DNA from: an uncultured Rhabdochlamydiaceae bacterium
GTDB lineage: Bacteria > Chlamydiota > Chlamydiia > Chlamydiales > Rhabdochlamydiaceae
Length of the DNA: 64,000 nucleotides
NCBI GenBank assembly: GCA_963712275.1
Contig: CAVQHD010000001.1
Coordinates: forward strand, 384,001 to 448,000
Direction of reading: 5' to 3'
This document shows positions 1 through 9,185 of the stretch, one piece after another. A program made the position numbers and the translations under genes. Each line of letters opens with the position of its first letter. Within the stretch, counting starts at the first letter, position 1. The notes beneath the pieces were generated by a model. The model saw only the letters and a list, made by a program, of their open reading frames with translations. It did not search any database and was not told the DNA's origin.

Positions 1-870
1 TGGCAATTCTCCTTCTACGAGGCGGCCATGACTTTCAAGCATTTTTCTAGCGTCCGTCGCAAACTTGCTACACAGATCCCTCTGAAAACGGACCAGTTGA
101 GACACAGGATTTTTAAGAAGGCCATACATCTGCTGAGAGCCTGCGGCAGGCCCTGAGATAATCAGAGGCGTCCTTGCCTCGTCAATTAAGATCGAGTCGA
201 CCTCGTCGATGATGGCAAAATAATGCCCCCGCTGACATTGATCTTCTGCCCTCTGCGCCATTGAATTATCACGCAAATAATCAAATCCAAACTCCGACGA
301 TGTCCCGTAGACAATATCGGCTTCATAGACAGCTTTTCGCCGAAAATGAGGCGTTTGATTCGTCAAAGCTTGCACCTGGAGCCCAAGCCACCTAAAAATC
401 GTTCCAATCCACTCGCAGTCGCGCTGAGCTAAGTAGTCGTTGACAGTGACAAGATGCACAGGCTTTCCCGTGAGTGCATTGAGATAGAGAGGCATGCAAG
501 CCGTCAGCGTCTTTCCTTCTCCCGTTTGCATCTCCGCAATCGATCCATGGTGAAGGGCAATCGCCCCCAAAATTTGGACATCGTAGGGAATCATATCCCA
601 TTTTTGGGAGTATCCAGAGACATGGATCTCCGTTCCCAAAAGTCGTCTACAAGCACTCTTCACAACCGCGTATGCTTCAGGAAGAATTTGATCAATACTC
701 TCTCCCTTCGCCAAGCGACCCCGAAATTCCGCCGTTTTTCCCTTCAGCTCCTCATCCGAGATCGAAAGAAGCTTCTGTTCTTCCGCATTCACCTGCCGTA
801 CAATTTTATGATATTTCTTGAGAAGTCGCGTCTGCTGCGTTCCAAAAATATGCTTTAATATCCCAAACAT
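1..870 (-). CDS. secA: Preprotein translocase ATPase SecA, N-terminal part (runs off the window start)
   Basis: Manual translation from ATG at 870 (AGGAG RBS upstream): MFGILKHIFG...PEAYAVVK...PYDVQILGAIALHHGSIAEMQTGEGKTL. Not in the ORF track because it has no stop inside the window. Confidence 0.97.
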   Translation of the reverse strand, partial: MFGILKHIFGTQQTRLLKKYHKIVRQVNAEEQKLLSISDEELKGKTAEFRGRLAKGESIDQILPEAYAVVKSACRRLLGTEIHVSGYSQKWDMIPYDVQILGAIALHHGSIAEMQTGEGKTLTACMPLYLNALTGKPVHLVTVNDYLAQRDCEWIGTIFRWLGLQVQALTNQTPHFRRKAVYEADIVYGTSSEFGFDYLRDNSMAQRAEDQCQRGHYFAIIDEVDSILIDEARTPLIISGPAAGSQQMYGLLKNPVSQLVRFQRDLCSKFATDARKMLESHGRLVEGELP

Positions 871-912
871 ACATCTCCTAGCTTCAACCAGAATACCATC
901 TTTGCTCAAAAT

Positions 913-1076
913 GAGGAAATTGTAAAACTCGCTTTGGAGGCCAGATCCGATGATTTTGCCGCTGGGCCCTCTTCTCCGTAAATTGGCATACTCGAGAGAG
1001 TAGACGATTTACGGAGAAGAGGACCCAGCGGCAAAAGCGCGGATTTGGCCCCAAATTGGAGCTTTACAGTTCCCTC
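913..1076. repeat. Palindromic MITE-like element, 164 bp
   Basis: Ends GAGGAAATTGTAAAACTC / GAGCTTTACAGTTCCCTC. Long internal inverted repeat (TTTTGCCGCTGGG..CTCTTCTCCGTAAAT / ATTTACGGAGAAGAG..CCCAGCGGCAAAA). Shares blocks with 59776-59848. Confidence 0.8.
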
Positions 1077-1113
1077 AGGCAAAAAAAGGTTCACTTAAGG
1101 TAACATATACTCC

Positions 1114-1461
1114 ATGAATGCAAAGAAATTATTTTTTTTACTCCTTCTGATCCCCGCTTTTATCACCGCTGTTTCAAGAGAAGGAGAAGAGCTTCAAATT
1201 TTCGACGATTTAATCGCCTCCGCAGAGAGGCAGCTCATCCTCCACAAAGAGATGCGCGCCCTCATCTCAGATTTCCATCAGCAGCAAGACCGTTTTCATC
1301 AAGGGGAACAAACCAAAGAACTCGCCATCCAGATGGTTCAAACAGCCTCTCAAATCTTAAAAAACGCCGAAGAGAACAACCTGCTTCATCTATTCACCCC
1401 CTTCTTCATTGAAGAGCTCAAACTCTTCTCAGGCATTGCCAAGAAAAAAACCACTCCATGA
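1114..1461 (+). CDS. Hypothetical exported protein
   Basis: 115 aa ORF with signal-peptide-like N-terminus; ATGA overlap with psd. Confidence 0.75.
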   Translation: MNAKKLFFLLLLIPAFITAVSREGEELQIFDDLIASAERQLILHKEMRALISDFHQQQDRFHQGEQTKELAIQMVQTASQILKNAEENNLLHLFTPFFIEELKLFSGIAKKKTTP

Positions 1462-2372
1462 CAACACTCCGCTATATTGACCGTACCACTCAAGTCGAGA
1501 AACGGGAAAAAGTGTATGGAGGCTTTTTTATCCGCCTCTTCTACAGCCCCCATCTTGTCTCTCGTATTCTTGCAAAAACCCTCCTCCCTCTCTTCTCACG
1601 GTTTCATTTTCCTTCAAGACTCTACGGCGCCTTGCAGAAAACACCTTTAAGCCGCCTAAAAATCAAACGATTCATCAAAAAATTCCACGTCGACCCCTCT
1701 GAATTTCAAGAGCCCGTCGAATCGTTCAAAAGTTTTAATGATTTTTTTATTCGGAAGCTAAAACCCTCCTGCCGCCCTATCGATCCCCATGAAAAGGTCG
1801 CCGTTCTACCCGCAGACGCGCGGTACCTCGTTTTTCCAAGGATTGACAAGTCTCCAGGTTTTTTCGTGAAAGGGAAAAAGTTTTCCCTCACCACCCTTCT
1901 ACAAGACGCCCCCCTCGCAAAGAAATATGCTCAAGGGACCATGGTCATCGCCCGTCTTGCCCCCGTCGATTACCACCGATTCCACTTCCCCTGCGACGGC
2001 ATCGCCCACACCCCCTCCCTCATCCCTGGCCCCCTCTATTCCGTCAACCCCATCGCCCTCAAAAAAAACACCTCCATCCTCGCCGAAAACAAACGGATGA
2101 TCACCGCTTTTGACACAATCTACTTCGGCACAGTTCTCTCCATTGAAATCGGCGCCACCTACGTCGGCACCATCCACCAAACCTTCACTCCCGAAACCTT
2201 TCAAAAAAAAGGGGCGCCCAAAGGGTACTTCTCCTTTGGAGGATCGTGCCTCATCCTCCTCTTCCCACCCAACACCATCCAACTCGACCAAGACCTCACC
2301 CTCGCCTCCTCCCGCTCCCTCGAAACCCTCGGCCACCTCGGTCAATCGCTCGGAAAGCATATAACATCCTAA
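1458..2372 (+). CDS. psd: Phosphatidylserine decarboxylase proenzyme
   Basis: Motifs FNDFFIRKLK, RLAPVDYHRFHFP and GYFSFGGS (self-cleavage site); lies near secA as in chlamydiae. Confidence 0.95.
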   Translation: MTTLRYIDRTTQVEKREKVYGGFFIRLFYSPHLVSRILAKTLLPLFSRFHFPSRLYGALQKTPLSRLKIKRFIKKFHVDPSEFQEPVESFKSFNDFFIRKLKPSCRPIDPHEKVAVLPADARYLVFPRIDKSPGFFVKGKKFSLTTLLQDAPLAKKYAQGTMVIARLAPVDYHRFHFPCDGIAHTPSLIPGPLYSVNPIALKKNTSILAENKRMITAFDTIYFGTVLSIEIGATYVGTIHQTFTPETFQKKGAPKGYFSFGGSCLILLFPPNTIQLDQDLTLASSRSLETLGHLGQSLGKHITS

Positions 2373-2455
2373 TTTCCAGCAACTTAAAAACATTTAACAA
2401 AAAAACAACAAAATATGTTAAAACAATATCATTAAAAATCGGAGCAGATTAACAA

Positions 2456-3193
2456 ATGGTCGTTTCTTTAAACTCTTTAAAACCAACCCCTGTCTCTTTT
2501 TCTAACTTTATTCAGTCCAACTGGAAAGCTGTTGCGCTTGTCATTGGAGGCCTCTTTTTCACCTGTATCGTGCGCATGATCTATTCCAAGCCTTCACCTC
2601 CCCAAAAGCGTCCTCCTCTGACCGTTAAAGAGATCGTCCGAACAATGGTCAGCACAACATATCAGGGCCATTTGCAGTATATCGAGAAAGAGCTAAGCAA
2701 GCTCCCTCCTCCTAACCTTGCATCAACATCTCCTGACGCCTTTAAAGTTGATTTAAAAGGCGTATGTTATTCCTTTAGTTCTCTGGAAGATTTGGGAAAG
2801 CATTCAGCTTATTTTGCTGCCTTTCAACATCAGTCTCAATCCCGATCCACTTGCACACTCGACAACACCACAGCTCCGGAAATCGAAGACCTCCACGCTT
2901 CACTATCACTTGCTTTATCCTATCTACAAGGGCAGCCTGCTAATCTGCAAGAACCCTATGCACTCCTTCAAGCCGCCAGCTTCTTGCAAATTCCTCGTTT
3001 AATCCTTTTATGCGAACAAAAATTAGCTCAGATGGCCGAAAGAGGCGATCTTGACTTTGACGACGATTTTTCTGCAGATGATCTCGCATGGCTCAAAAAA
3101 CAGGCCCCCTCCCTTTGCACAATCTTCTTTTTAACAAAGGCTCAAGCCCTCACAGAGGAAAACAAACAGGGCAGCCGTGATGCTTCCCTCTAG
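2456..3193 (+). CDS. Membrane-anchored protein with BTB/POZ-like C-terminal domain (putative effector)
   Basis: N-terminal hydrophobic helix; LGKHSAYFAA...LSYLQG...LLQAASFLQIPRLILLCEQKL resembles the BTB consensus. Confidence 0.55.
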   Translation: MVVSLNSLKPTPVSFSNFIQSNWKAVALVIGGLFFTCIVRMIYSKPSPPQKRPPLTVKEIVRTMVSTTYQGHLQYIEKELSKLPPPNLASTSPDAFKVDLKGVCYSFSSLEDLGKHSAYFAAFQHQSQSRSTCTLDNTTAPEIEDLHASLSLALSYLQGQPANLQEPYALLQAASFLQIPRLILLCEQKLAQMAERGDLDFDDDFSADDLAWLKKQAPSLCTIFFLTKAQALTEENKQGSRDASL

Positions 3194-3764
3194 CAGGGCA
3201 AAACTTTCGAGCAAAATAGATGATTTGCAGATGAAGTTTAATCCAATCCTTTCTAGGGAAAATCCTCTTTAAATCCCGTTCAACCGCCTCCACCGTTTTC
3301 CCTCTGCTAAGCCCCCACCTGCGTGCGCACCGAAAGATATGCGTGTCCACCGGAAAAGCCGCCACGCCAAAAGCTTGCGCCATGACAACAGACGCCGTTT
3401 TATGCCCGACACCTGGAAGCGCTTCAAGCGCCTTAAACGACCTCGGAACTTTTCCCCCATGCTTTTCCACCAAAATCTCCGATAGCTTCCAAATGTTTTT
3501 CGCCTTGGTTGGCGAAAGACCGCACGGCTTGATCACCCCTTGAATCTCTTCAACCGAGAGCTGCACCATCTGCTCAGGCGTCGAGGCTTTAGCAAATAGT
3601 TTCGGCGTCACCTGATTCACCTTTGCATCGGTATTGCGCGCCGAGAGCACAACCGCCACCAATAGCGTATATGCATCACGATGCTGCAGCGGCGGCTGCG
3701 GATCGGGAAAATACCCATCCAATACCTCCTGAATCCATCGCGCTTTCTCCCGTTGCTTTGTCAT
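3150..3764 (-). CDS. nth: Endonuclease III
   Basis: LLVAVVLSA, HhH motif LPGVGHKTA, VDTHIFR, C-terminal Cys cluster. Confidence 0.95.
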   Translation of the reverse strand: MTKQREKARWIQEVLDGYFPDPQPPLQHRDAYTLLVAVVLSARNTDAKVNQVTPKLFAKASTPEQMVQLSVEEIQGVIKPCGLSPTKAKNIWKLSEILVEKHGGKVPRSFKALEALPGVGHKTASVVMAQAFGVAAFPVDTHIFRCARRWGLSRGKTVEAVERDLKRIFPRKDWIKLHLQIIYFARKFCPARGKHHGCPVCFPL

Positions 3765-3776
3765 GAAACACTCTCG

Positions 3777-4822
3777 CTAGCTATTCAACGCAACGCTTTC
3801 TTTAAAGGGAGCCTGAGCAGCATGAATTAACTCTAAGGTGTACATTCCTTCTGGGCTTATGCTTATTGCCTGAATCAATTTTAATTGCTCTGAGTCAATC
3901 TTCGTCTTAGCCCGTTTAATCAGCTCTTTTTCACACAAATACGAGAGTTTTGGAAAGTCCAAAGAATGTGCAACTTTTCTGAGGTTACAAAGAACATCGA
4001 AATGCAGATTTTCAAAATTGACAGGCTTCCCAAGTAAAAGATCGATTAACATCTCCCACACTTGATCCGGTAATATCGGCAAATCAGGAAATATGCTATT
4101 CAAGTTGATCTCATCTCCTAGAGATGGTAATTTGAGAATTTCCCTGCTTAAGACCTCACGACAAAAGCTGTACGTTTGATTGTTGATCTTCACCTTACAG
4201 TTCTGTTCCTTAACATAGGAGTGCCTACCCACTTCCTGGTCACTAGGGTAACCTTTGAGCTTTTCCTGAAACGCTTTCTCAAATGAGTAGTCAATTAAGT
4301 AGTCGGCTAAACGATGAAGATTGCTGTCCACTTTTTTGATCAAAGGAACGATTAAAAACTGATCCCACTCCTCGAACGTCATGGTATACGTTTTGCCATC
4401 ATAGTCCGCAGCGATGGGACCGGGCTTTCTCTCTCGCGTCCAAGCATATTGCCGAGCAACAACGAGATCCATTTTAAACCATATTATTTCTTGATGATAA
4501 TTGGTAATTTTATGTTCGCCAATATTTTTATTTGTATTAATAAAAAACTTTAGCTCGCGTACTTTAACCATAGCTTTCCCACACATATCATGGGCATCTT
4601 GATTGCAAGAAAAAATTTTAAAAACTCCCTCAAACATCCGAGATAGCTTCTCTAAATCGCATATCTCAATAAAAATCTCTTTACTTATGATGCCGCCCAC
4701 GCGGCACAATTCACGATCAACAAAAACAAGCTGCGAGCGAGGTAGTTTTATTGGAGGTGGACGGTCAGCTGTTTCTTTACTAATGCGCTCTTCAAAAATT
4801 ATTTTATAAATTGGATCCTCAA
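3777..4822 (-). pseudogene. 5'-truncated gene with BTB/POZ-like C-terminus, cut by IS1634
   Basis: The frame of ORF 3777..4709 stays open up to the IS end at 4823 with no ATG before 4709. The C-terminus CKVKINNQTY..REVL...LIDLLLG...LRKVAHSLDFPKLSYLCEKEL is BTB-like. Confidence 0.55.
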
Positions 4823-6728
4823 CCCGAGTTTGACAGCTGATTTTTGCAAGTTTCTGTTTTATAGCAACTTATGAAAAATAAAAATACGTGTGCCACTACA
4901 TTTTTAAGGGAATAGGCGGATCTAGAGTGAAATATGTTTTAAGACTTTTGGAGGAATTGGCGTACCGATAGCCTTGAGAAGCTGTGCAGCATTGCCTTTG
5001 ATGTCGTTCCTAACCCACACGAGATTATCTTTGAGCTTAACAGGCATTGCTCTTACTTCTGCTAATTCTTGCATGGCCTCTAGTACGGTTAGGGGTCTCT
5101 TGCCAATCTGACCTTCATCGATCGCCTTGCTCTCCAATATCACTCCTTTTTCTCGGAGCAATTTAGTCATCTGCGCTTCGCAAAAGTAGGCGAGAAAGCA
5201 CATGGTGAGGTGCCCTCTAATGCGATTGTCATTCCAGTGATAGAGGGGACGAGTTTTGAGAGTCCCTTTGATTTCTCCAAACGCATCTTCTACTATCCAG
5301 AGGTGCTTATACGCAGTGAGGATCTCGCTCGCGTTCATCTGATCCGCGGATACATTGGTGATGACTCCAAAAAAACCATCCTTAAGCGCTTCCTTTGCAA
5401 TTGCCTCTTTGTTGAGTTGAGGGGTGCCATCTTGTAAACCAGCAACGTATTTGTTGTAGTTTTTGTTTGTTACAAAATCCTTGGGAGTCGTTTTCTTTTT
5501 CTTGAAGATCTTCTTTGTGAGTTTTTCTAAAATGTCTTCTCGGGTTTTTCTGTCGCGTTCAGCGCGTTGACGGGACCATGTGATGATACAACGGTCATTG
5601 CCATGCTTTGTCTCATACCATTCTAGACCGTCGTTCACTTTGGTAAAGCGGTTGCGATCGTAGAATTCGTCATGACGCTGTTTGATCTGCCCTAGTTTCA
5701 TGCCTACGATAAACTCTCCGTCCCTTTGATGCCCGCACAGAGTTCGGATATGGTCCAGATTTTTTGCAGAGAAGAGCCCTCGATCGGCCACAAAGATAAA
5801 TCTTCGCACTTTGAATTTGGTGCGTATCCGTTGGACAATATCAACCAGAGTTGCTCCCTCGAAAGTATTGCCAGGGTAGACCTCAAAACCAAGAGGAATG
5901 CCGTCAGTGTCAACGAGTAGCCCGAGTATGATTTGCGTACAATCGCTGCGCATCTCTTTGGAATATCCAAAACGGCGAAGCTCTCCTAGGTCTTCTCTGG
6001 TGCTTTCGAAACGCAAGGTGGTGAGATCGTAGAGGACTACATCGACTGATAAGGTGAGTAGATTACGATTATTCCAATACAGCTCATTTTCTATCTGTTC
6101 TTTATGATCGCTAAGAAAATCTAAGGATCGATAGAAGTACTGTAACTCGGCTTTCTTAGAAAGCATCTCTGGATACAACCTATCTTGCCATCGCTCGAAA
6201 ACCTTGAGCTTTGAGCTTGGTCGAAGGAAACGACATATGATCATAGTGAAAATGACTTGACAGAGATCGAATTCCAGTTGAGGATGTTGTGCAGTGATTT
6301 TATGGAGAATACGATCAATACCAAAGAGGTTGAAGATATGTTGCACGGCTAAGAGAGGCCCCAGAGTATACGTGTCCTCAATATCGAGTGATTTGGCTGC
6401 CTCGACTGCGGTAAGAATTTCTTTATGTTTGCTGATGGCTGAGATCAACTTATCGAGTCCATCTTCTCCCACTTTTCCTAGCGACAGCAGAGTACGTTGT
6501 CTCACCTTGCCTTGATCACGATAAGACTCCACAAGATGGTAGTAAGAGACGCCCTTTTTATTTTTAGTGATTTTTATGAACATAACAACATAGATATCGT
6601 GTTCATTTCTTTTTTGTCAATTTTTCATTGATAAATTTTTCCAATGGTGTTCATTACATTTTCCGGTTTTTCCAAGACTCCTCATAGAGGAACAGGCTCA
6701 AAAAACGCGATTAGCTGTCAAACTCGGG
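4823..6728 (-). mobile_element. IS1634-family insertion sequence
   Basis: Perfect 16-bp terminal IR CCCGAGTTTGACAGCT (4823-4838; reverse complement at 6713-6728). No target duplication visible (CCTCAA / AGCTAT). Confidence 0.9.
4922..6583 (-). CDS. IS1634-family DDE transposase
   Basis: YYHLVESYR..GKVRQR, YDLTTLRFES, FGYSKE, VADRG, WIVEDAFGEIK, RIRGHLTMCFLAY. Confidence 0.93.
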   Translation of the reverse strand: MFIKITKNKKGVSYYHLVESYRDQGKVRQRTLLSLGKVGEDGLDKLISAISKHKEILTAVEAAKSLDIEDTYTLGPLLAVQHIFNLFGIDRILHKITAQHPQLEFDLCQVIFTMIICRFLRPSSKLKVFERWQDRLYPEMLSKKAELQYFYRSLDFLSDHKEQIENELYWNNRNLLTLSVDVVLYDLTTLRFESTREDLGELRRFGYSKEMRSDCTQIILGLLVDTDGIPLGFEVYPGNTFEGATLVDIVQRIRTKFKVRRFIFVADRGLFSAKNLDHIRTLCGHQRDGEFIVGMKLGQIKQRHDEFYDRNRFTKVNDGLEWYETKHGNDRCIITWSRQRAERDRKTREDILEKLTKKIFKKKKTTPKDFVTNKNYNKYVAGLQDGTPQLNKEAIAKEALKDGFFGVITNVSADQMNASEILTAYKHLWIVEDAFGEIKGTLKTRPLYHWNDNRIRGHLTMCFLAYFCEAQMTKLLREKGVILESKAIDEGQIGKRPLTVLEAMQELAEVRAMPVKLKDNLVWVRNDIKGNAAQLLKAIGTPIPPKVLKHISL

Positions 6729-6736
6729 AGCTATTG

Positions 6737-7618
6737 TCACTTCTCAGCGACTACTGTAGGGAAAACATGCAATCTATCATAATGAAAAGTTACTTGCGAA
6801 AAACCTACTTCTCTAAGCTCACTTTCAAATTCATTAGAAGTACGAAAATTACGCCACTGTAAATCAAGTATATTTTTATACAGAACAGTTTCCAGAAAAA
6901 GGTCTTTGGGAGCGATCTCGTCAAGATGCCATTCTGAAGGCATGTTCTCCCCAGGAGGATAGGTAAGAAATCCAATAATCAGTTTTCCCTCAGGTTTCAG
7001 AGCTCTTACAAATTGACGATAAAGATCTAAGACTTTTTGCCTATTTGATATGTAAATATTAAGACCACAACTTGCTATTAGATCTATCTCGGAATTATAT
7101 GGGAGCTGCCAAGCATCATATTGGCATATGTTTAAATGTTGAGTAAGTCCCCGCTTTTCTCCTAGCTGTTGTGCAAGAAACAAAGAATCCGGGTCGATAT
7201 CTATTCCGATAATTCTAAAATTAGAGATATAAGAATAATCTAATTGTAAAAGCTCTCTCATTGCTCCACAGGGGATAGAAGCTAAGGTCATCCCATCTTT
7301 TAAATTTTCTTGAATAATTTTTTGAAAATTTTCTGCTAGCTCACGCCAAGCTAAAATAAAAGGAGAGCGATTCAGAATGAAGTCTTCTAAATTGGTGCGT
7401 CCCTTTTGGCCAAGATAAGTTATTATGAAATCAGTCCAAAAAGTATCAATCGATTTTTTTCCTAAAAGAACTTGTCCTAAAGGGAATTGATATAATTCAT
7501 TAATATAACTCAATTGATCTTCAACTGAAACATGAGACAAATTGCCTCTTTTAATAATTTTAGATTTTAAATTCTTTAATGCAGTTTGGAAAGACTGTGT
7601 TAATTGCTTGTTATCCAT
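6737..7618 (-). CDS. Class I SAM-dependent methyltransferase
   Basis: Motif I-like ASIPCGAMRE, IIGIDID, DAWQLP, IDLIASCG, RALKPEGKLI; overlaps the upstream A-domain gene by 8 bp. Confidence 0.85.
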   Translation of the reverse strand: MDNKQLTQSFQTALKNLKSKIIKRGNLSHVSVEDQLSYINELYQFPLGQVLLGKKSIDTFWTDFIITYLGQKGRTNLEDFILNRSPFILAWRELAENFQKIIQENLKDGMTLASIPCGAMRELLQLDYSYISNFRIIGIDIDPDSLFLAQQLGEKRGLTQHLNICQYDAWQLPYNSEIDLIASCGLNIYISNRQKVLDLYRQFVRALKPEGKLIIGFLTYPPGENMPSEWHLDEIAPKDLFLETVLYKNILDLQWRNFRTSNEFESELREVGFSQVTFHYDRLHVFPTVVAEK

Positions 7619-9173
7619 ACAAACACATCAATGCATCTCGGTCAATTTTTCCATTAGGCGATAAAGGAAACTCCTTTACTTGAACAACAAAAGATGGAAC
7701 CATTATTTTAGGTAATAGACTTCTTAAATAATCAAGTAACGCTTTTTTTGACCCTGTTTTTTTGGAAGAAGTGATGTACGCCACTAATTGTTTTTTTCCT
7801 TTGGGATTAGCTTGAACTAGCACAGCAGATTCCTGTATGCCGGGATACTGAGAGATGTGATATTCAACTTCAGTAGGGTTAACCTCATTTCCACAAATTT
7901 GAGTATTGCAATCAATACGACCTAAAAATTCCAGTTCACCGTTTTGCAAAAATCGCCCTATATCACCTGTTCGATAAAGTCGAATGGTTTTGTGCCCCGA
8001 AAGCGTTACTTGAACAAATTTTTCATCTGTTAATGCTTTATTATTTAAGTATCCTCGCGCTAAGCCTATCCCGCCGATACATATTTCTCCCTTTACGCCT
8101 TTAGGCAATCTATTTAAATTCTGATCAAGAACGTAAACTTGGGTATTTGGCAGAGATTTACCAACTGTGACATGCTGGATAATCCGATCTTTAGGATCAT
8201 AAATTCTAGCTATTGTGGATCCTATAGCATACTCAGTAGGGCCATATTCATTATACAGAAGTGCATTAGACACTAACCTTGCATGTAAACTACATAAGCT
8301 TCTAGGTAAATTTTCACCTGTAAGGCTGACGCATTTCATGAAAGGGAATTGGTGATTCTTTTGGAGCAATTTTAAATATTGAGAAGGCACACAAATGATA
8401 AACTCGATTAAATTATCTTCGATAAATTTTTCCAGATCGTCAATCTTAGATTTTTTATCATAATTAAATAAATAAAGCGCTTCGTTATTAATTAAAGCAT
8501 GGAAAATAACCAGAAGGCTCGCATCAAAACATACCCCACCAGAAATAAGCATCCTCATGTTAGACGGATAGTAAGCATTATGCGCCAAAGCAATATTTGA
8601 GAGGCTTTTGTGAGTTACCATAATGCCCTTAGGCTCACCAGTGGAACCTGATGTATAGATTACATATGCTAAATTTTCTGGTTGCAATAAGACATCATTA
8701 TAAATATTTTTTACATTGCAATCAGAGCTAAATATTTTTTTGTCAATTCTTATGGCATTATCACACTTGAATAAGTGAACAAACTGAGGCTCTACTAGAA
8801 CTGCAGATGGGCTCCCATCCTTTAGCATATACTGCAAGCGATCTTTGGAGTATGTTGGATCAAGAGGAAAATAAGCTGCACCAGCTTTCATAATTCCTAG
8901 AATGCAAACTATAAAATCAGAACTCAGTGAAGAACACAAGCCAACCAAGTCTTCTGTTTTAACTCCAATTTTTCTTAGGTATTTGGCTAATCCGTCTGAC
9001 TTTCTATTAAGCTCGTCATATGTAAGACACCCATTTTCAGTCTCTACAATAACCTTCTGCGGGTTATTTTTTACCTGCTCAAGAAATAGCTGAATAAAAC
9101 TCTTATTTAAATTTTTAGCACTCTGCTGATCTTGTGCTACAGAACTATTTTTTAGAGAAACTTCAACTGCCAT
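7611..9173 (-). CDS. Stand-alone NRPS-type amino acid adenylation domain (no T or C domain)
   Basis: LTYDELN (A1), LAYVIYTSGSTGEPKG (A3), FDAS (A4), NEYGPTE (A5), GEICIGGIGLARGYL (A6), YRTGD (A7), NGKIDR (A10); stop follows right after A10. Confidence 0.93.
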   Translation of the reverse strand: MAVEVSLKNSSVAQDQQSAKNLNKSFIQLFLEQVKNNPQKVIVETENGCLTYDELNRKSDGLAKYLRKIGVKTEDLVGLCSSLSSDFIVCILGIMKAGAAYFPLDPTYSKDRLQYMLKDGSPSAVLVEPQFVHLFKCDNAIRIDKKIFSSDCNVKNIYNDVLLQPENLAYVIYTSGSTGEPKGIMVTHKSLSNIALAHNAYYPSNMRMLISGGVCFDASLLVIFHALINNEALYLFNYDKKSKIDDLEKFIEDNLIEFIICVPSQYLKLLQKNHQFPFMKCVSLTGENLPRSLCSLHARLVSNALLYNEYGPTEYAIGSTIARIYDPKDRIIQHVTVGKSLPNTQVYVLDQNLNRLPKGVKGEICIGGIGLARGYLNNKALTDEKFVQVTLSGHKTIRLYRTGDIGRFLQNGELEFLGRIDCNTQICGNEVNPTEVEYHISQYPGIQESAVLVQANPKGKKQLVAYITSSKKTGSKKALLDYLRSLLPKIMVPSFVVQVKEFPLSPNGKIDRDALMCLYG

Positions 9174-9185
9174 TTAATCACCCTC

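Noticed and set aside
454..858. 134 aa plus-strand ORF and similar antisense ORFs (e.g. 1899..2393, 26679..27266, 35974..36639)
   Set aside because: Shadows of well-supported genes on the opposite strand (secA, psd, sdhB, pal).
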